NCBI RefSeq assembly: GCF_000372725.1
Contig: NW_005201551.1
Span: forward strand, 156,520 to 220,519
Length of the DNA stretch: 64,000 nt
Origin: Emiliania huxleyi CCMP1516
Taxonomy: Eukaryota
Reading direction: 5' to 3'
In this document: positions 1-11,587 of the stretch, one piece after another
Layout of the letters: each line of letters begins with the position of its first letter
How positions within the stretch are numbered: position 1 is the stretch's first letter
Position numbers and translations under genes: made by a program
The notes under the pieces: generated by a model
Seen by the model: only the letters and a program-made list of their open reading frames with translations
The model's database searches: none
Told to the model about the DNA's origin: nothing

Positions 1-62
1 CCCCCCCCAACGGGGCCGCGAAGGGCGCCCGAGTCGAAGGCGCGGAGCCACCCAAGGCGCGG

Positions 63-790
63 GTGGGCGCGGGCTGCGCGGCGACGAGGTGGTGGACGCG
101 ATCCGACGCGCGGGCGTGGTTTTGCTGCCGGTCCACCTCGACGTCGCACGCCGCCAGGCGCGGCTGGTGGCGGCGCACGCCGCCCTCGACGCCAAGTACC
201 GAGAGGACAAGAAGACGTCGGTACTATTTCTTCGACAAGACTGGCCGGGCCTACCGCATCTACAACCCGAGAGGGCTGCACCCGGCGCATACATACCTTC
301 CGCTTACCGAATGGAGCTCGCGCAGCAATCTTCTACAACACGCTCAGCGCCGATACTCCGCGACGATTCACCATTCGGCCTGGAGGGAGATGCATGCGGC
401 GGCGGGCCGCGCAGGGAGGAGGGAGCAGGTGCGGTTTGTCTCGGCGAGCCAGTTCGGCGCGGGCGCGTTTTTGAACGCGATCCCGACCCGCGCGCACTTC
501 CGTCTGCCCTCGTACGTGCTGCGCTTCGCGCTGCAGCGCCGCTTCGGATTACACCTGTCGATGATGACGGACGTCATGGCGGACGGCATCTACAGCCAGC
601 ACGGTCTGCCCTTTGACGCCCTTGGCGACGTGGCGCAGAACGACGGCGCGGCGGGCCACCAGACGCGGCACAAGGAGGTCCTCCTGGACCTTGTCGAGCT
701 GCTGCGGGGCAAGCTGGGGCGCGGCGCGGTGGAGCACGAGTTTCACTGCGAGCACAGCACTACGACGGGGAAAGCGGTTGGGGGAGGGAA
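63..790 (+). mobile_element. Fragment of a CRE/R2-like (RLE-type) non-LTR retrotransposon ORF, C-terminal region
   Basis: Translation 'GAGAFLNAIP...FRLPSYVLRFALQRRFGL...DALGDVA...QTRHKEV' resembles the post-RT / pre-endonuclease segment of CRE-like elements. Recognised by eye; the fragment is truncated. Confidence 0.6.
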
Positions 791-1153
791 TGTTGATTTG
801 CACAAACGGGAATCCTGAATCTTTTTTAGTCAGCTACCTTATGGCGCATCCTGGGCGCTGGGGCCGCGCTCTCCCCACTCCCGGTCTCCCGTCCATCCCC
901 AGACCCCACCATCCCGTCGGCGTCGCGCGGGCCTGCGTAGACCGTAGTGTTAGCTGAGTTACCAGCGAGCGAGCGGAGAGGCCGGCGCGCAACGTACAAA
1001 GTTATCGCGCGGCGTCGCGCTGCCATGCCGCGACAGCCGACCCTCCCCCGCGCCCTGGGGGCTGGCGGGCGACCGGGGGTGGGGAGAGCGCGGCCCCGGC
1101 GGCCCGGCTGCGCCCTGGGGCCGCTGCCTCCTGTTGCTTCTGGATTCGCGTTT

Positions 1154-1942
1154 NNNNNNNNNNNNNNNNNNNNNNNNNNNNNNNNNNNNNNNNNNNNNNN
1201 NNNNNNNNNNNNNNNNNNNNNNNNNNNNNNNNNNNNNNNNNNNNNNNNNNNNNNNNNNNNNNNNNNNNNNNNNNNNNNNNNNNNNNNNNNNNNNNNNNNN
1301 NNNNNNNNNNNNNNNNNNNNNNNNNNNNNNNNNNNNNNNNNNNNNNNNNNNNNNNNNNNNNNNNNNNNNNNNNNNNNNNNNNNNNNNNNNNNNNNNNNNN
1401 NNNNNNNNNNNNNNNNNNNNNNNNNNNNNNNNNNNNNNNNNNNNNNNNNNNNNNNNNNNNNNNNNNNNNNNNNNNNNNNNNNNNNNNNNNNNNNNNNNNN
1501 NNNNNNNNNNNNNNNNNNNNNNNNNNNNNNNNNNNNNNNNNNNNNNNNNNNNNNNNNNNNNNNNNNNNNNNNNNNNNNNNNNNNNNNNNNNNNNNNNNNN
1601 NNNNNNNNNNNNNNNNNNNNNNNNNNNNNNNNNNNNNNNNNNNNNNNNNNNNNNNNNNNNNNNNNNNNNNNNNNNNNNNNNNNNNNNNNNNNNNNNNNNN
1701 NNNNNNNNNNNNNNNNNNNNNNNNNNNNNNNNNNNNNNNNNNNNNNNNNNNNNNNNNNNNNNNNNNNNNNNNNNNNNNNNNNNNNNNNNNNNNNNNNNNN
1801 NNNNNNNNNNNNNNNNNNNNNNNNNNNNNNNNNNNNNNNNNNNNNNNNNNNNNNNNNNNNNNNNNNNNNNNNNNNNNNNNNNNNNNNNNNNNNNNNNNNN
1901 NNNNNNNNNNNNNNNNNNNNNNNNNNNNNNNNNNNNNNNNNN
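1154..1942. other. Assembly gap (N run)
   Basis: Run of N. Confidence 1.
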
Positions 1943-2185
1943 CCCCCCCCCCCCCCCTCGGGGAGGAAAAAACCCCCCGGCCCCCTTTCGGGGGTGCCCC
2001 CCCCCGCCCCAAAAATAAACACCCAACCCAACCGGCCATCAACCCACCAAACCCGCAACCGGGGGGGCCCGCACCGGGGCTGCGCGTCATTTTCGCCAGC
2101 CGCAGGGTCTGTTGCTCTCTGCCGTGCTCGCGCGGCGGTCCCGCCGGGCCCCGCGCCCTCGCCGCCCGGCCGGGGCTGGAGAGGC

Positions 2186-3490
2186 TCAGCAGAGGTGGAT
2201 GCCGCGCTCCTCGCACACGGCCACCAGCTCAGGCTGCTCCTTGTTGTCCACCATGAGCAACTGCACGCGAGGGGAGGTGCGATGAGCATTGGGCGGGGGG
2301 AGGGGCGAGTGGCGAGGGGGGGCGTCTCGCGCCTTCAGGCTCGGGGCGGCCCCCTCCTTGAGGGCGGCGGCCAGCGCCTTGCAGCCCTCGTCGCCAATCT
2401 TGTTGCTGTGGAGAGAGAGCTCCTCGAGCCGCGGCGCTGCCCCCTCCTTGCCGAGGGCGGCGGCCAGCGCCTTGCAGCCCTCGTCGCCAATCTCGTTGCC
2501 GAAGAGCTGGAGCTTCTCGAGCCGCGGCGCTGCCCCGCTCGCGAGGACCTCCGCCAGCTGCGCCGCCTCCGCGTCGCCCCAGCCGAGCTGGACGTAGAGC
2601 AGCTCGGTCGCCTTGCCAAACTGCTCCTCGAAGGCGGCCTCGTACAACCCCTTCACCAGCGGCTTGTCGTCCTTGCCGTTGGTGAAGCTCTTCGACTCCA
2701 GCTCCGCCGCGAACGCAGACGGCAGCAGCGGAGGGCGCCGGCCGCCGTCCTGGGTGCAGTCGGCTCGGAGGCTGTAGTACTCGTACTCCTTGCCGTCGTG
2801 CATCTTGCCGAGGTCGAGCGAGAGGTCGCCGTTCTTGGTCAGGCTGGCCCAAGAGCTCTCGGTGTAGCACCAGCCGCGGTCAAAGTACATGGCCACGTTG
2901 GTGCCCTCGGCCTGATCCTCCGCCTTGTGGCCGTCCGGAAAGGAGGTCAGCCGCAGCACGTATGTGTACGGGTGGGAGTAGAGCGTGCCGAGGCAGCCCA
3001 GCCCCTGCTTGAAGAGCGCGTTCTGCTCGTCGGTGCGCATGACGCGGTTGGCGGGGTCGGGGTGCTGGTGCAGCGAGCCGAAGTCCCAAAAGACGCCGAG
3101 CCGCGTGATCGTGCCGTAATTGTCAGTGAGCAGGGCCTTGAGCGCCCTCGCGACGCGGGCGAGGTTGGCTCCGCGCGGGTCGGGGTGGTCCTTGGTCAGC
3201 CACGGGTAGGAGAGCGCGGCGACTGGAAGCTCATACTTGGTCGCCTCGACGAGGTCGGCGAGGGAGAGGAAGGCCTCTTTGGGCAGCGCCTGGCGGTGGT
3301 TGAGGACGCCGCCCGCCCCGGCGTGGCTGATGATCCACTGCGCGTCGAGGAGGGCGACGGCGCCGCTCGCAAGGACCGGCTCCAGGTCGCCGCCACCGAG
3401 CTCGCGCCACCGCTTCAGCTTCTCCTTGTCCACTCTCCTTGTCCACGCCGAGGCACGTCTCTTCTCAAACCACGCGCGCATGGACAGCAT
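2186..3490 (-). CDS. HET-like (heterokaryon incompatibility/TIR-like) domain + RNI-type LRR protein, copy 1; one GC-AG intron at 2261-2332
   Basis: Motifs VAALSYPW, VFWDFGSLHQ, LYSH and YFDRGWCYTE occur in HET-domain order. They are followed by LRRs 'LEKLQLFGNEIGDEGCKALAAAL' and 'LEELSLHSNKIGDEGCKALAAAL'. The start is uncertain (ATG at 3490 or 3481). Confidence 0.8.
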   Translation of the reverse strand: MLSMRAWFEKRRASAWTRRVDKEKLKRWRELGGGDLEPVLASGAVALLDAQWIISHAGAGGVLNHRQALPKEAFLSLADLVEATKYELPVAALSYPWLTKDHPDPRGANLARVARALKALLTDNYGTITRLGVFWDFGSLHQHPDPANRVMRTDEQNALFKQGLGCLGTLYSHPYTYVLRLTSFPDGHKAEDQAEGTNVAMYFDRGWCYTESSWASLTKNGDLSLDLGKMHDGKEYEYYSLRADCTQDGGRRPPLLPSAFAAELESKSFTNGKDDKPLVKGLYEAAFEEQFGKATELLYVQLGWGDAEAAQLAEVLASGAAPRLEKLQLFGNEIGDEGCKALAAALGKEGAAPRLEELSLHSNKIGDEGCKALAAALKEGAAPSLKARDAPPRHSPLPPPNAHRTSPRVQLLMVDNKEQPELVAVCEERGIHLC

Positions 3491-4067
3491 CGCGATGGTG
3501 CTCAACAGCGGCTCGGACAGCGGCGGCCCGCCCAAACGTGAGCTCTGAGCTGAGGGCGTGTCGCGATTAAGGCGGGGTACTTGTACAAAAAGGACTAACA
3601 TACGGAAATGTGAGTGTGTGTGTGCACATACGGAAATGTTCGACTTAGGCTTAGGCCAAGCCTCTCTAACTTTAAACACGGACGGCGTCGACACCAGCTG
3701 TGCTCTATCCACTTTCGCACGCAGCCGCCGCCGCGATAGCAATAGCGCAACTGTTAGGCCCCAAATTAACGTTTGACAACCCTAGCGCGTGGTGTGTAGG
3801 CGTGTATAGGCTCAGGACTGTCAGCGCAGCGCGCCGTTTGAGTGAGGTGGGGCGGGATGGCGAAGAGAGAGATAGTGTCAGTAGCGGAGGAGTATGTTGG
3901 GAGGCCGTCTGGGTCTAGCTCGGCGCTGCCGTCGGTCGCGAGGCCAGTGACGTAAGCTGAAGAAATCTCGGGGACGGTGGGGTCTGATATGATTGGGTGA
4001 TGAATGACGGAGGAGATGCGAATTTGGGAGGGTATGGCTTCACTAGTCGTTGGAGTTAGCCGAATGA

Positions 4068-4577
4068 TCACGCGCGCGTGCAGTCGAACAGGATAAGGGA
4101 GGCACCTTTGCGACGCCGCGAATCCAGTCGATCTGCGCGCACGGCGGTAGAGCGAGGGTCGAGTCGATCGGCGTCCAGATGTCGTTCTGCAGGTCCTGAT
4201 ATGGCGCCTCCGGGTCGCAGCGGCTCTTGTGGTGCGCGTCGCGTACCAGTGGCGTGACGTTCTGAAGCCGGCGTAGCTGGCATTCGATGGACTGCACCGA
4301 GGCAAGCCTGCAGCTGCGTCTCCGCCTCCTCGCGCTCGTCGCAGGATCCACAGATCAGTCGGAGGTCGTCGAGAGCGTCGAGTCTTTTGAGAACCTTTTT
4401 CCATCGCCACTTGATTGCATCTTTGCTTCGTTTGGTGGCGGATTCAAACGGCCACTGCTCTGCCACCTTTGGCAACGAGATGCCGTCTCGGACGTGGCGC
4501 AGCAGCACGAAGGCATCCATCTCCGGACGCCACGGGACGGCGCTGTGCTTTGATCGGCCGGATGCGTGGACGGCCAT
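4068..4577 (-). pseudogene. Myb/SANT-like domain fragment inside a repeat-rich region
   Basis: 'PWRPEMDAFVL...LPKVAEQW...KRSKDAIKWRWKKVLK' has Myb-like W spacing. Confidence 0.4.
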
Positions 4578-4927
4578 GAGGCTGCGACGCAGAGCACCGG
4601 GAAGAGGTGAAATGTAGTCCTCTAACTTTAAACACGGACGGCGTCGACACCAGCTGTGCTCTATCTATCCACTTTCGCACGCAGCCCGCCGCCGCGAGCG
4701 TCCATTGGCTGATCTTGCCAAGGCCGGCACGAGCCTCGAGCTCCTCGCAACGATCCGTACGCCAAGCATCTCGCGGAGTGGCGCGACGTCGAGCTGCCTC
4801 GGTGGCAGAAGGAGCTCGAGCAGTGGGAGGCAAGCGATCAGGCGCTCCCAGCACCGAAACCGCGCCCACCACCGACGGTGAAGAGCAAGGGTCTGCAGCC
4901 CACTCCGCAGCGAGAGGCGGCATACGA
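4560..4927 (+). repeat. Dispersed repeat family A (inverted copy at 11218-11587; partial direct copy at 3663-3730)
   Basis: Near-identical 'ctctaactttaaacacggacggcgtcgacaccagctg...gcggcatacga' seen by direct comparison. Confidence 0.9.
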
Positions 4928-5524
4928 GGCGGCGAAGGCCGAGCACACGCCGTTGAATAACCGCTATAGGGAGGCAAAGGCCGGCCGCAGGGCCAAGCAG
5001 ATGGCTGCAGTGTTTTTTGCAGTCGATGCGGTGCGGGATGACCGAGTGGGGGGGAGGTCCCGCCTCCACGGCCGCTCGAATCTCGTCCGGGTTCAGCCGT
5101 CGCTTGGCCATTGGGCGGAGCTGGGGGTGCAAACGACCGAAACCGTGGGACGCGGCCGGACGCAAACGGGTGGCGGTGGGACTTATAGGGTTAGACGTGC
5201 ACACTCACTTCAACCTCGGGTTCCTCGCATCTTCCTACCTCTCCGCTCTCGCATGCGCACGCCCCGCTCAATCGGTGCCTGTCTTTGTTTTTTTTTTTTG
5301 AAATCTAGTGGGCGTCGTGTACCGCTCCTTTGGGAAGCCGATCAGGCGCGTTATGCCGCTCTCTTTCCCTGCTTTTGCTCACAGCCCTCTCCCGCCCACC
5401 CGCTGCACTCGCGAGTGGTACATCGCCACTGGGCCCACGGGCGCGCACCCCGCAACATTCCCGCCCGCCTGCAAACCGCTCGCCGCACCACCCGACTGCA
5501 CTCGCTCGCGGATTTGCAGCAGGC

Positions 5525-7364
5525 ATGATGCAATCTTTGGCCCAGCCTGTCCCGCTGCCCTCATCACTGCTGCCGCCTCGCAGGTGGTCAGGCGGTGACG
5601 CGCTGTACGCAATCGCTTGCAACATCAGGATGCTGGCTGTCCCGTCCAAGCCGCCCCCGTCAAAGCAATATCTGAACCAGCTTCGCCTCCACAAGGCCGC
5701 GCCGGCGCCCATCCAGGTCGCAGTGTCATCGGGCACCGTCCCGTGGCCCGATCTGGTTGTGCAGGCCCGCCTTAGCCCGCCCATCCCGCACCGCTGCTCC
5801 CCTTTGCCCTCACCTCACTTTGCTGCCGCCTCGCAGGCGGGCCCAGCGGTGAGCGCGCTGTACGTAATCGCGCTGCTGCTCTCCGCACCCATCTACCTCG
5901 TCTACTATCTCCTCGACAAGTTCATCTTCCCGATCTTCCTCTACGCATTCGAGGCCATAGCGCGCACACCGTGCCTAAACGCCACAGCGCACAGTGAGGT
6001 GCTTCCGGGCGACGGCTGCGCCTTCATCACCGGCGCGGACAGTGGCATCGGCAAGGAGATCGCGCTCGACCTCGCGAATCGCGGCTTCGACCTCGTCATC
6101 ACCTCGCACAACGAGGAGCACGGGGAGGAGGTGCAACGCGAGATCGCGGCCAAGTACCCACAGATCAAGGTAATTCGACAGGACGCATGCATACTGTGTG
6201 TTGCTTGGCGGCGCATCTCGGTGACACTGAACTGTGTCTTGCCAGGTGAAGTACTTTGCGGCCGACCTGGCCGCGCCCGACGCGGCAACACACGTCTACG
6301 AGGAGATCTTCCCGTTGCTGCCGGATTGGTGCCAGGACGTCTCGATCCTGGTCAACGACGCCGGCGTTGGCTACTACGGCGCCTTTGTGAACGTGCCGAC
6401 GAAGAAGCTGCAGATGATGGTGCAGCTCAACAACAACACCCCGGCGCGCGGCTGTATGCGTAGCGCCGAGGTAGCGCCGAGTCGTGTGTAGCCACCGCGA
6501 GGAGCGAGCTCGACCTCGGTAGCAACACGCCTGGCCGTGATGTACCTCGAAATCTCTCTTGGCAGGTCGGCCTGATGAGCTACTTCCTCGAAGGGATGAT
6601 GGCGCGGAAGCGCGGCATGGTCCTCAACCTCGGCCCGCGCCAGTCGCGAGGATGTCGGGCGGGGCGGCGGCGTGTCTCGAGGTGAGAGGTGGGGCGCGAT
6701 GTCACCCGTAGGCTCGATCCAAAGCTTCGACCCAGGCCCGGCCGAGGCCACCTACGGAGCGACCAAGGCCTACTGTTGCCAGTTCTACTCCTCTTTCGCG
6801 CAGACCCCGTGACTCGAGAGGGTCGGCTCGTCTCCCTCAGGCCTTTCTGCTCAGCATCTCACGCGCGATGCACTACGAGCTTCGTTCCACCGGCATCTCC
6901 GTCACCGCCGCGTGCCCCGGATTCACGCACAGATGCCATCCAGAGACGACTCTCTAAACGGCACACCTCTTCACACTGCCGACGCGCTGTGAACAGGCAG
7001 ACGAGCTTTTGGAAGCCAGACGAGGAGCCGCTCGGCGCCAAGATCCCCTGCTTGCTGCAGCAGGCCGCGCCGTGCGCCGCCCAGTGCGTCGAGGGCATGT
7101 TTGCACGCAAGCCGTGCGCCCCCCCCCCCCCCCCTGCCCCCTCCTTGCACCCCTCTGCTTGGCATGCCATACTCTTTCCCATCCTCGCGTTGGCTGCCCG
7201 CTCTCCCTAGCTACGACTCTATAGCCCGCGGCCGCAGGTATGTCGTCACCGGCAACGTCGGCGGGCTATTCAACCGGTTCCTCGTCACCGTCGGCCAGAT
7301 GAACTCGGAGGACTTTGGGTGCTGGTTCGTCAACACGCTCTGGCGCCTCCCAAAGAAGGTATAG
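5525..7364 (+). CDS. Multi-exon short-chain dehydrogenase/reductase (17beta-HSD / 3-ketoacyl-CoA reductase-like) with N-terminal TM helix
   Basis: FITGADSGIGKEIA (TGxxxGxG), ILVNDAGVG and ATYGATKA (YxxxK) lie in successive exons. GT-AG intron at 6170-6245 and several GC-AG introns. Stop after LWRLPKKV. Start uncertain. Confidence 0.85.
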
Positions 7365-7775
7365 TCTCCGCACATAGACGGAGCGAGCGGCTTCCCGGGG
7401 CAGTTTGGAGCCGCGACGCCGGCGGGCGGGCGCTCCTGACCTCGGTGGTACTCGTAAGTCGTGCGTGTATGAACCGCACACTACGGCTTTAACCGTGTGT
7501 ATGCGAGCCTCTCCTGTGCATGTATCCCTCTGAGCTCTGTTTACTGCGACAGACGACACTAGCCTCTTCACTTGCCTCGCACACACTATATACTGCAGCG
7601 ACAGAGGCATAGATTCTCAAGCCTCGACGATCGTGTTATAATCATCATTCTGTTCTAAGCTTCTACGACCTGCCGCGCGTACACATTAAGAGATTAGAGA
7701 ACTGAGAACAAGATGAAGATTACGGCTCTAAGAAACACCTCGCGTGGCCATCTAGCTCCGCGAGAGCGCCGTCTC

Positions 7776-9642
7776 TCAGACGCAAACGACCGCCTGGGCG
7801 GTCGGGGCGGACGGCTCGCGCGCGGACCGCGCCTCACGCCCCTTGCGGCGGCCCAAATCTCGCGCGCCCTCGATCCGCTCGACGAGCTCCGGGTCTCGCC
7901 GGCGGAGGACGTGGTCCGCCTAGGGAGGGAGGGGGGGGCATGGGACAGTCGCGGCGTCGTGCGGAGCGCGTGTGAGTGGTCCGCCTCGGCGTAGCAGATT
8001 AGCAGCGTGCGCGTGCTGGTCAGGAGCGGCGACAAGCCGACCGAAACGACCGGCACAGCGAGCGCCGCGGCGAGCGCGTAGCGGCGCGGCAGCGGCAACA
8101 TCACCCAGATCGCCTGCGTCTGGCCGTGGTGGCCGAGGGCGGCGGCGAGGGCGGCACACATGGCGAGCGTGACGAGGAGGCATCCTGCGGTGGCGAGCCA
8201 GACCACGGGCGAGACGAGTAGGATGTTGGCGGCGACGTCCATGCCCGCCTTCTTGACGAGCCTATTGGTGGACGCGTCGTGGACGTGTCCGTGGACGAGT
8301 CTTGCACGCGCTCCCGGCGACGGGGGTCCCCGACGAGCGCCCGATGACGGCGCGGCCCGAGGCGAGGAAGGAGCGGCCGTACAGGCCGGTGTAGACGAGC
8401 GCCCACTCGTTGAAGGCCTCGGCCGCGCGCTTGATCGCGTCGAGCACGCAGTCGACGCAGCAATTGACGAGCTTGAGCGGCAGCCCCAGCGGGACGCAGT
8501 TGCTCATCCGCCTGTACTTGAGCTGCTTGAGCGTCGCGACGAGTGCCTGCACGACCGCCACCACGAGCGTTCCGAAGCAGATCGAGCCGAAGCAGGTCGT
8601 CATCGCCCGGAGCAGCGCGTTGGACACGACGGGCTTCAGCAGCAGGCCGACGCAAGGCGCTGGCGCTGCCATCGTCTCTGGCACAAAGACCCACGCGCCG
8701 ATTGCGCCGGCCGCGGTGACGTCGGAGACGCCCTTGCACACGTTTTGGCCCCAGTACAGCGAGAGGAGGAGGAGAAAGTAGACGGCAGCGCAGATGGCCG
8801 TCACCTCGCCAGAGGTGTACCTCGCCTCCGCGCCCTCGCCCCACTGCTGGTAGAAGTCGTCCCAGAGGTGCTCGACCACGCGCTGGATTACGTAGACGGC
8901 AAAAGGAAGCCACAGAAGAAACCAGCATGTCGCAGCGAGTGCCGAGCCGTACGCCACCTGAATAAGAGAGGTCACACGGCGTTCAGAGTGCGCAAGGCCC
9001 GGTGCGCGTGGGTGAGCACAGTGCACGCGCGGCCACCGTGATGAGGCCCGGCATCTCGAGCAGCAGCGCCGCAGATTTGGACAGCAGCGCGGCGCTGGTA
9101 TCGATCCGCCACCGGAGGAGGTAGACGCTGAGGAATATGGCGCCTCCGACCAGAGCGACGCCGAAGCCCAGGTTCGACCCGTACTCCTCCGCATAGCCAA
9201 GCTTATTGGGGCCGGCGGCGTCGGCGGCAGCAGCGACTCCGAAAGCCACGAGCGTACTGGGCACCGCAAAGAGCGTCACGTACAGCAGGCGGAGCGCCTG
9301 CGTCTCAAGCACGAGCACGAAGCAGTGCACAAACGCGAATGAAGTGCAGAGCGAGAGGGCGAGCGCTAGCGCAAGGTCGCGAGCTTGGTGGTGTTCGAAC
9401 GCCGCCTCGCCGAGGTAGCTTTCGGCGCCGAGGAAGGGCGAACCAACCCACACGACCGCAATCACGTGAGCGAGGAAGAGCCAGATTGCCCACGCGTCGC
9501 GAAGCGGCAGCGCGTCGGTCTCGTCCATTCTCAAAAAGGAGCTGTGCGCTCGCTTCCGTCGAACGGCTGCCTGCAGCTTCACGACGCCGCGCATGACGGT
9601 CTTCTCGTGGTCTGAGGCAGAGGCCCGGCTGCGAAAGAGCAT
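7776..9642 (-). CDS. Choline transporter-like (CTL/SLC44) protein, multi-exon
   Basis: Motifs 'RDAWAIWLFLAH', 'RAMTTCFGSICFGTLVVAVVQAL', 'FNEWALVYTGLYGRSFLASGR' and 'TLLICYAE', with many TM segments. Last intron at 7920-7984. Confidence 0.85.
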
Positions 9643-9695
9643 GGAGGGATTGACGTGAGAGCGAGCCTCGACAGCGCCTGATACTCGAGTATCTC

Positions 9696-10065
9696 TCGAG
9701 GTTCTCGAGGTGGATATCCTTTGGCCGCGTTGGGTAGCGAGGATTGGTGTAACCCGAGCCACGGAGGCGTGTTTTCTGACGGCCGACCGTCAGTGCACGG
9801 AGTTGCCCCTTCTCCGACTGCCCCGGCTAGTTCCCGAGGTCGCGCGGGAGTGACCCCTGCGTCCCCCGAGACCTAGCGCGGGTGGGTTGGAGGGGGCTCG
9901 CCCCGTTCCTCCCCATCGGGCCGCGTGAGCGGCCACGCCTCGCAGATTCGTTTTTCGCGCCTGGGTCAGGCGCGCGGGGCATCCCCCGGGTCGCTCGACC
10001 AGCGATCCGAAGAGTGGCCGCTATGCGAAGGAAAGAGTGGGGGCCTCGGGGTACGCCTCCGTCCG
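9696..10065 (-). mobile_element. Dispersed repeat family B, likely the 3' end of a retroposon (other copies at 22961-23061, 44637-44693, 61620-61975)
   Basis: All four copies share the boundary 'tcgaggttctcgaggtggatatcctttggccgcgttgggtagcgagg' and differ in length at the other end. Confidence 0.75.
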
Positions 10066-10071
10066 GCAGAA

Positions 10072-10260
10072 CCGGCACTTAAAAGAATTTTATCCGAATG
10101 CTCCCAGCAAACTCCCTCGCACAACACTGGGCACGGGACTGGGCGCACTGGCACTAACACAGGTACACTTAAAAGAACTTTACAACCCAACTCCCTCGCA
10201 CGACACCGGGTACGGACTGGCACTGCAAAGGCGACGGCTTAGAAGCCGTCGCCCTCTCAG
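10072..10260 (-). repeat. Repeat matching the putative 3'UTR of the RLE-type retroelement at 32690-33000, internally duplicated
   Basis: The reverse complement of 'gtgtacctgtgttagtgccagtgcgc...gtgcgagggagttt' (32871-32931) occurs at about 10110-10168. Confidence 0.7.
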
Positions 10261-11117
10261 ATGCCGTCGCGTGTGAGTGAGTATTCTTGATACGAAACCA
10301 CGACGACACACACCAGTCGACTCGCATCGGTTGCCTCCATGAACGGCGGAGCTATTCTCGCGTCCACACCACACCTGGCTCCAACGTGGACACGCCCATA
10401 GCTGGGGACACTACTAGGTCACGCATGGCATCAGAAGTTTTATCTCTGGGCCCCGAAAGGCATCTCTAGCAGCGTCGTTACGCATGTGAAGGCGTCGTCG
10501 GAATGGTAGTCAGGCGGATGGTCGAATCCGCGAGCACCGTGGTGCTCGCCGAGAGGACCATCCCCATCATCCTCCGACTCCATCCCCTCCCCCCCCCCGT
10601 CGCTCCCGCCGCGCCCCCCGCCGGCGCCCGTCGCGGGACTTCCTGCCCCCCCCCCGCCAGCGCCGCGGGCCGGGCCGCTCCGCAACTCCTCCAGGTCCCC
10701 CTCAAAGAGGAGGACCCGCCCCTCCCTCACCGAATCCTCCCATCCCGGGAATGTGGGACACCGCAAACAGAACCGCGCCCCGCGTCCCAGCAGCTCAATC
10801 TCTCCCGCTCCCCTGGAGCAGGCGGACATCGCTTCCAGGGAGGGGGGCGCACTTCTACTCACACCACATGCTAGGGGGGGGGGGTCCCGACCCCCCCAGC
10901 ACCTTCACCACATGCTAGGGGGGGGGGTCGTGGCCGAGGACCCCCCCAGAGACTCGTGGTCAGGCCCTCCGGGCCCTTGATTTTACGCCTCATTTCGCAG
11001 TATTTTCGAGGGGGAAATCATCCTTTGGAGCTACATGAGCCTTGAGACTGGTCAGATTCCCCAAGATATTGGACGTTCAGCCACGATTTCACAACTTTGG
11101 GGGCAAAATCGGCTCTC

Positions 11118-11217
11118 NNNNNNNNNNNNNNNNNNNNNNNNNNNNNNNNNNNNNNNNNNNNNNNNNNNNNNNNNNNNNNNNNNNNNNNNNNNNNNNNNNN
11201 NNNNNNNNNNNNNNNNN
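11118..11217. other. Assembly gap (N run)
   Basis: Run of N. Confidence 1.
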
Positions 11218-11587
11218 TCGTATGCCGCCTCTCGCTGCGGAGTGGGCTGCAGACCCTTGCTCTTCACCGTCGGTGGTGGGCGCGGTTTCGGTGCTGGGAG
11301 CGCCTGATCGCTTGCCTCCCACTGCTCGAGCTCCTTCTGCCACCGAGGCAGCTCGACGTCGCGCCACTCCGCGAGATGCTTGGCGTACGGATCGTTGCGA
11401 GGAGCTCGAGGCTCGTGCCGGCCTTGGCAAGATCAGCCAATGGACGCTCGCGGCGGCGGGCTGCGTGCGTAAGTTGATAGATAGAGCTCAGCTGGTGTCG
11501 ACGCCGTCCGTGTTTAAAGTTAGAGGTCTACATTTCACCTCTTTACCGGTGCTCTGCGTAGCAGCCTGCATGGTCCGTCCACACATG
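11218..11587 (-). repeat. Repeat family A, inverted copy
   Basis: Reverse complement of 4560-4927; its end is hidden by the gap. Confidence 0.9.

Noticed and set aside
2380..2620. Diversity-generating retroelement as the source of LRR variation
   Set aside because: No template repeat or DGR-type RT is in the window, and the differences cannot be shown to be adenine-specific.
826..3541. Long ORFs spanning N runs or antisense to the HET-LRR gene
   Set aside because: Artefacts of gaps and of stop-codon scarcity in high-GC DNA.
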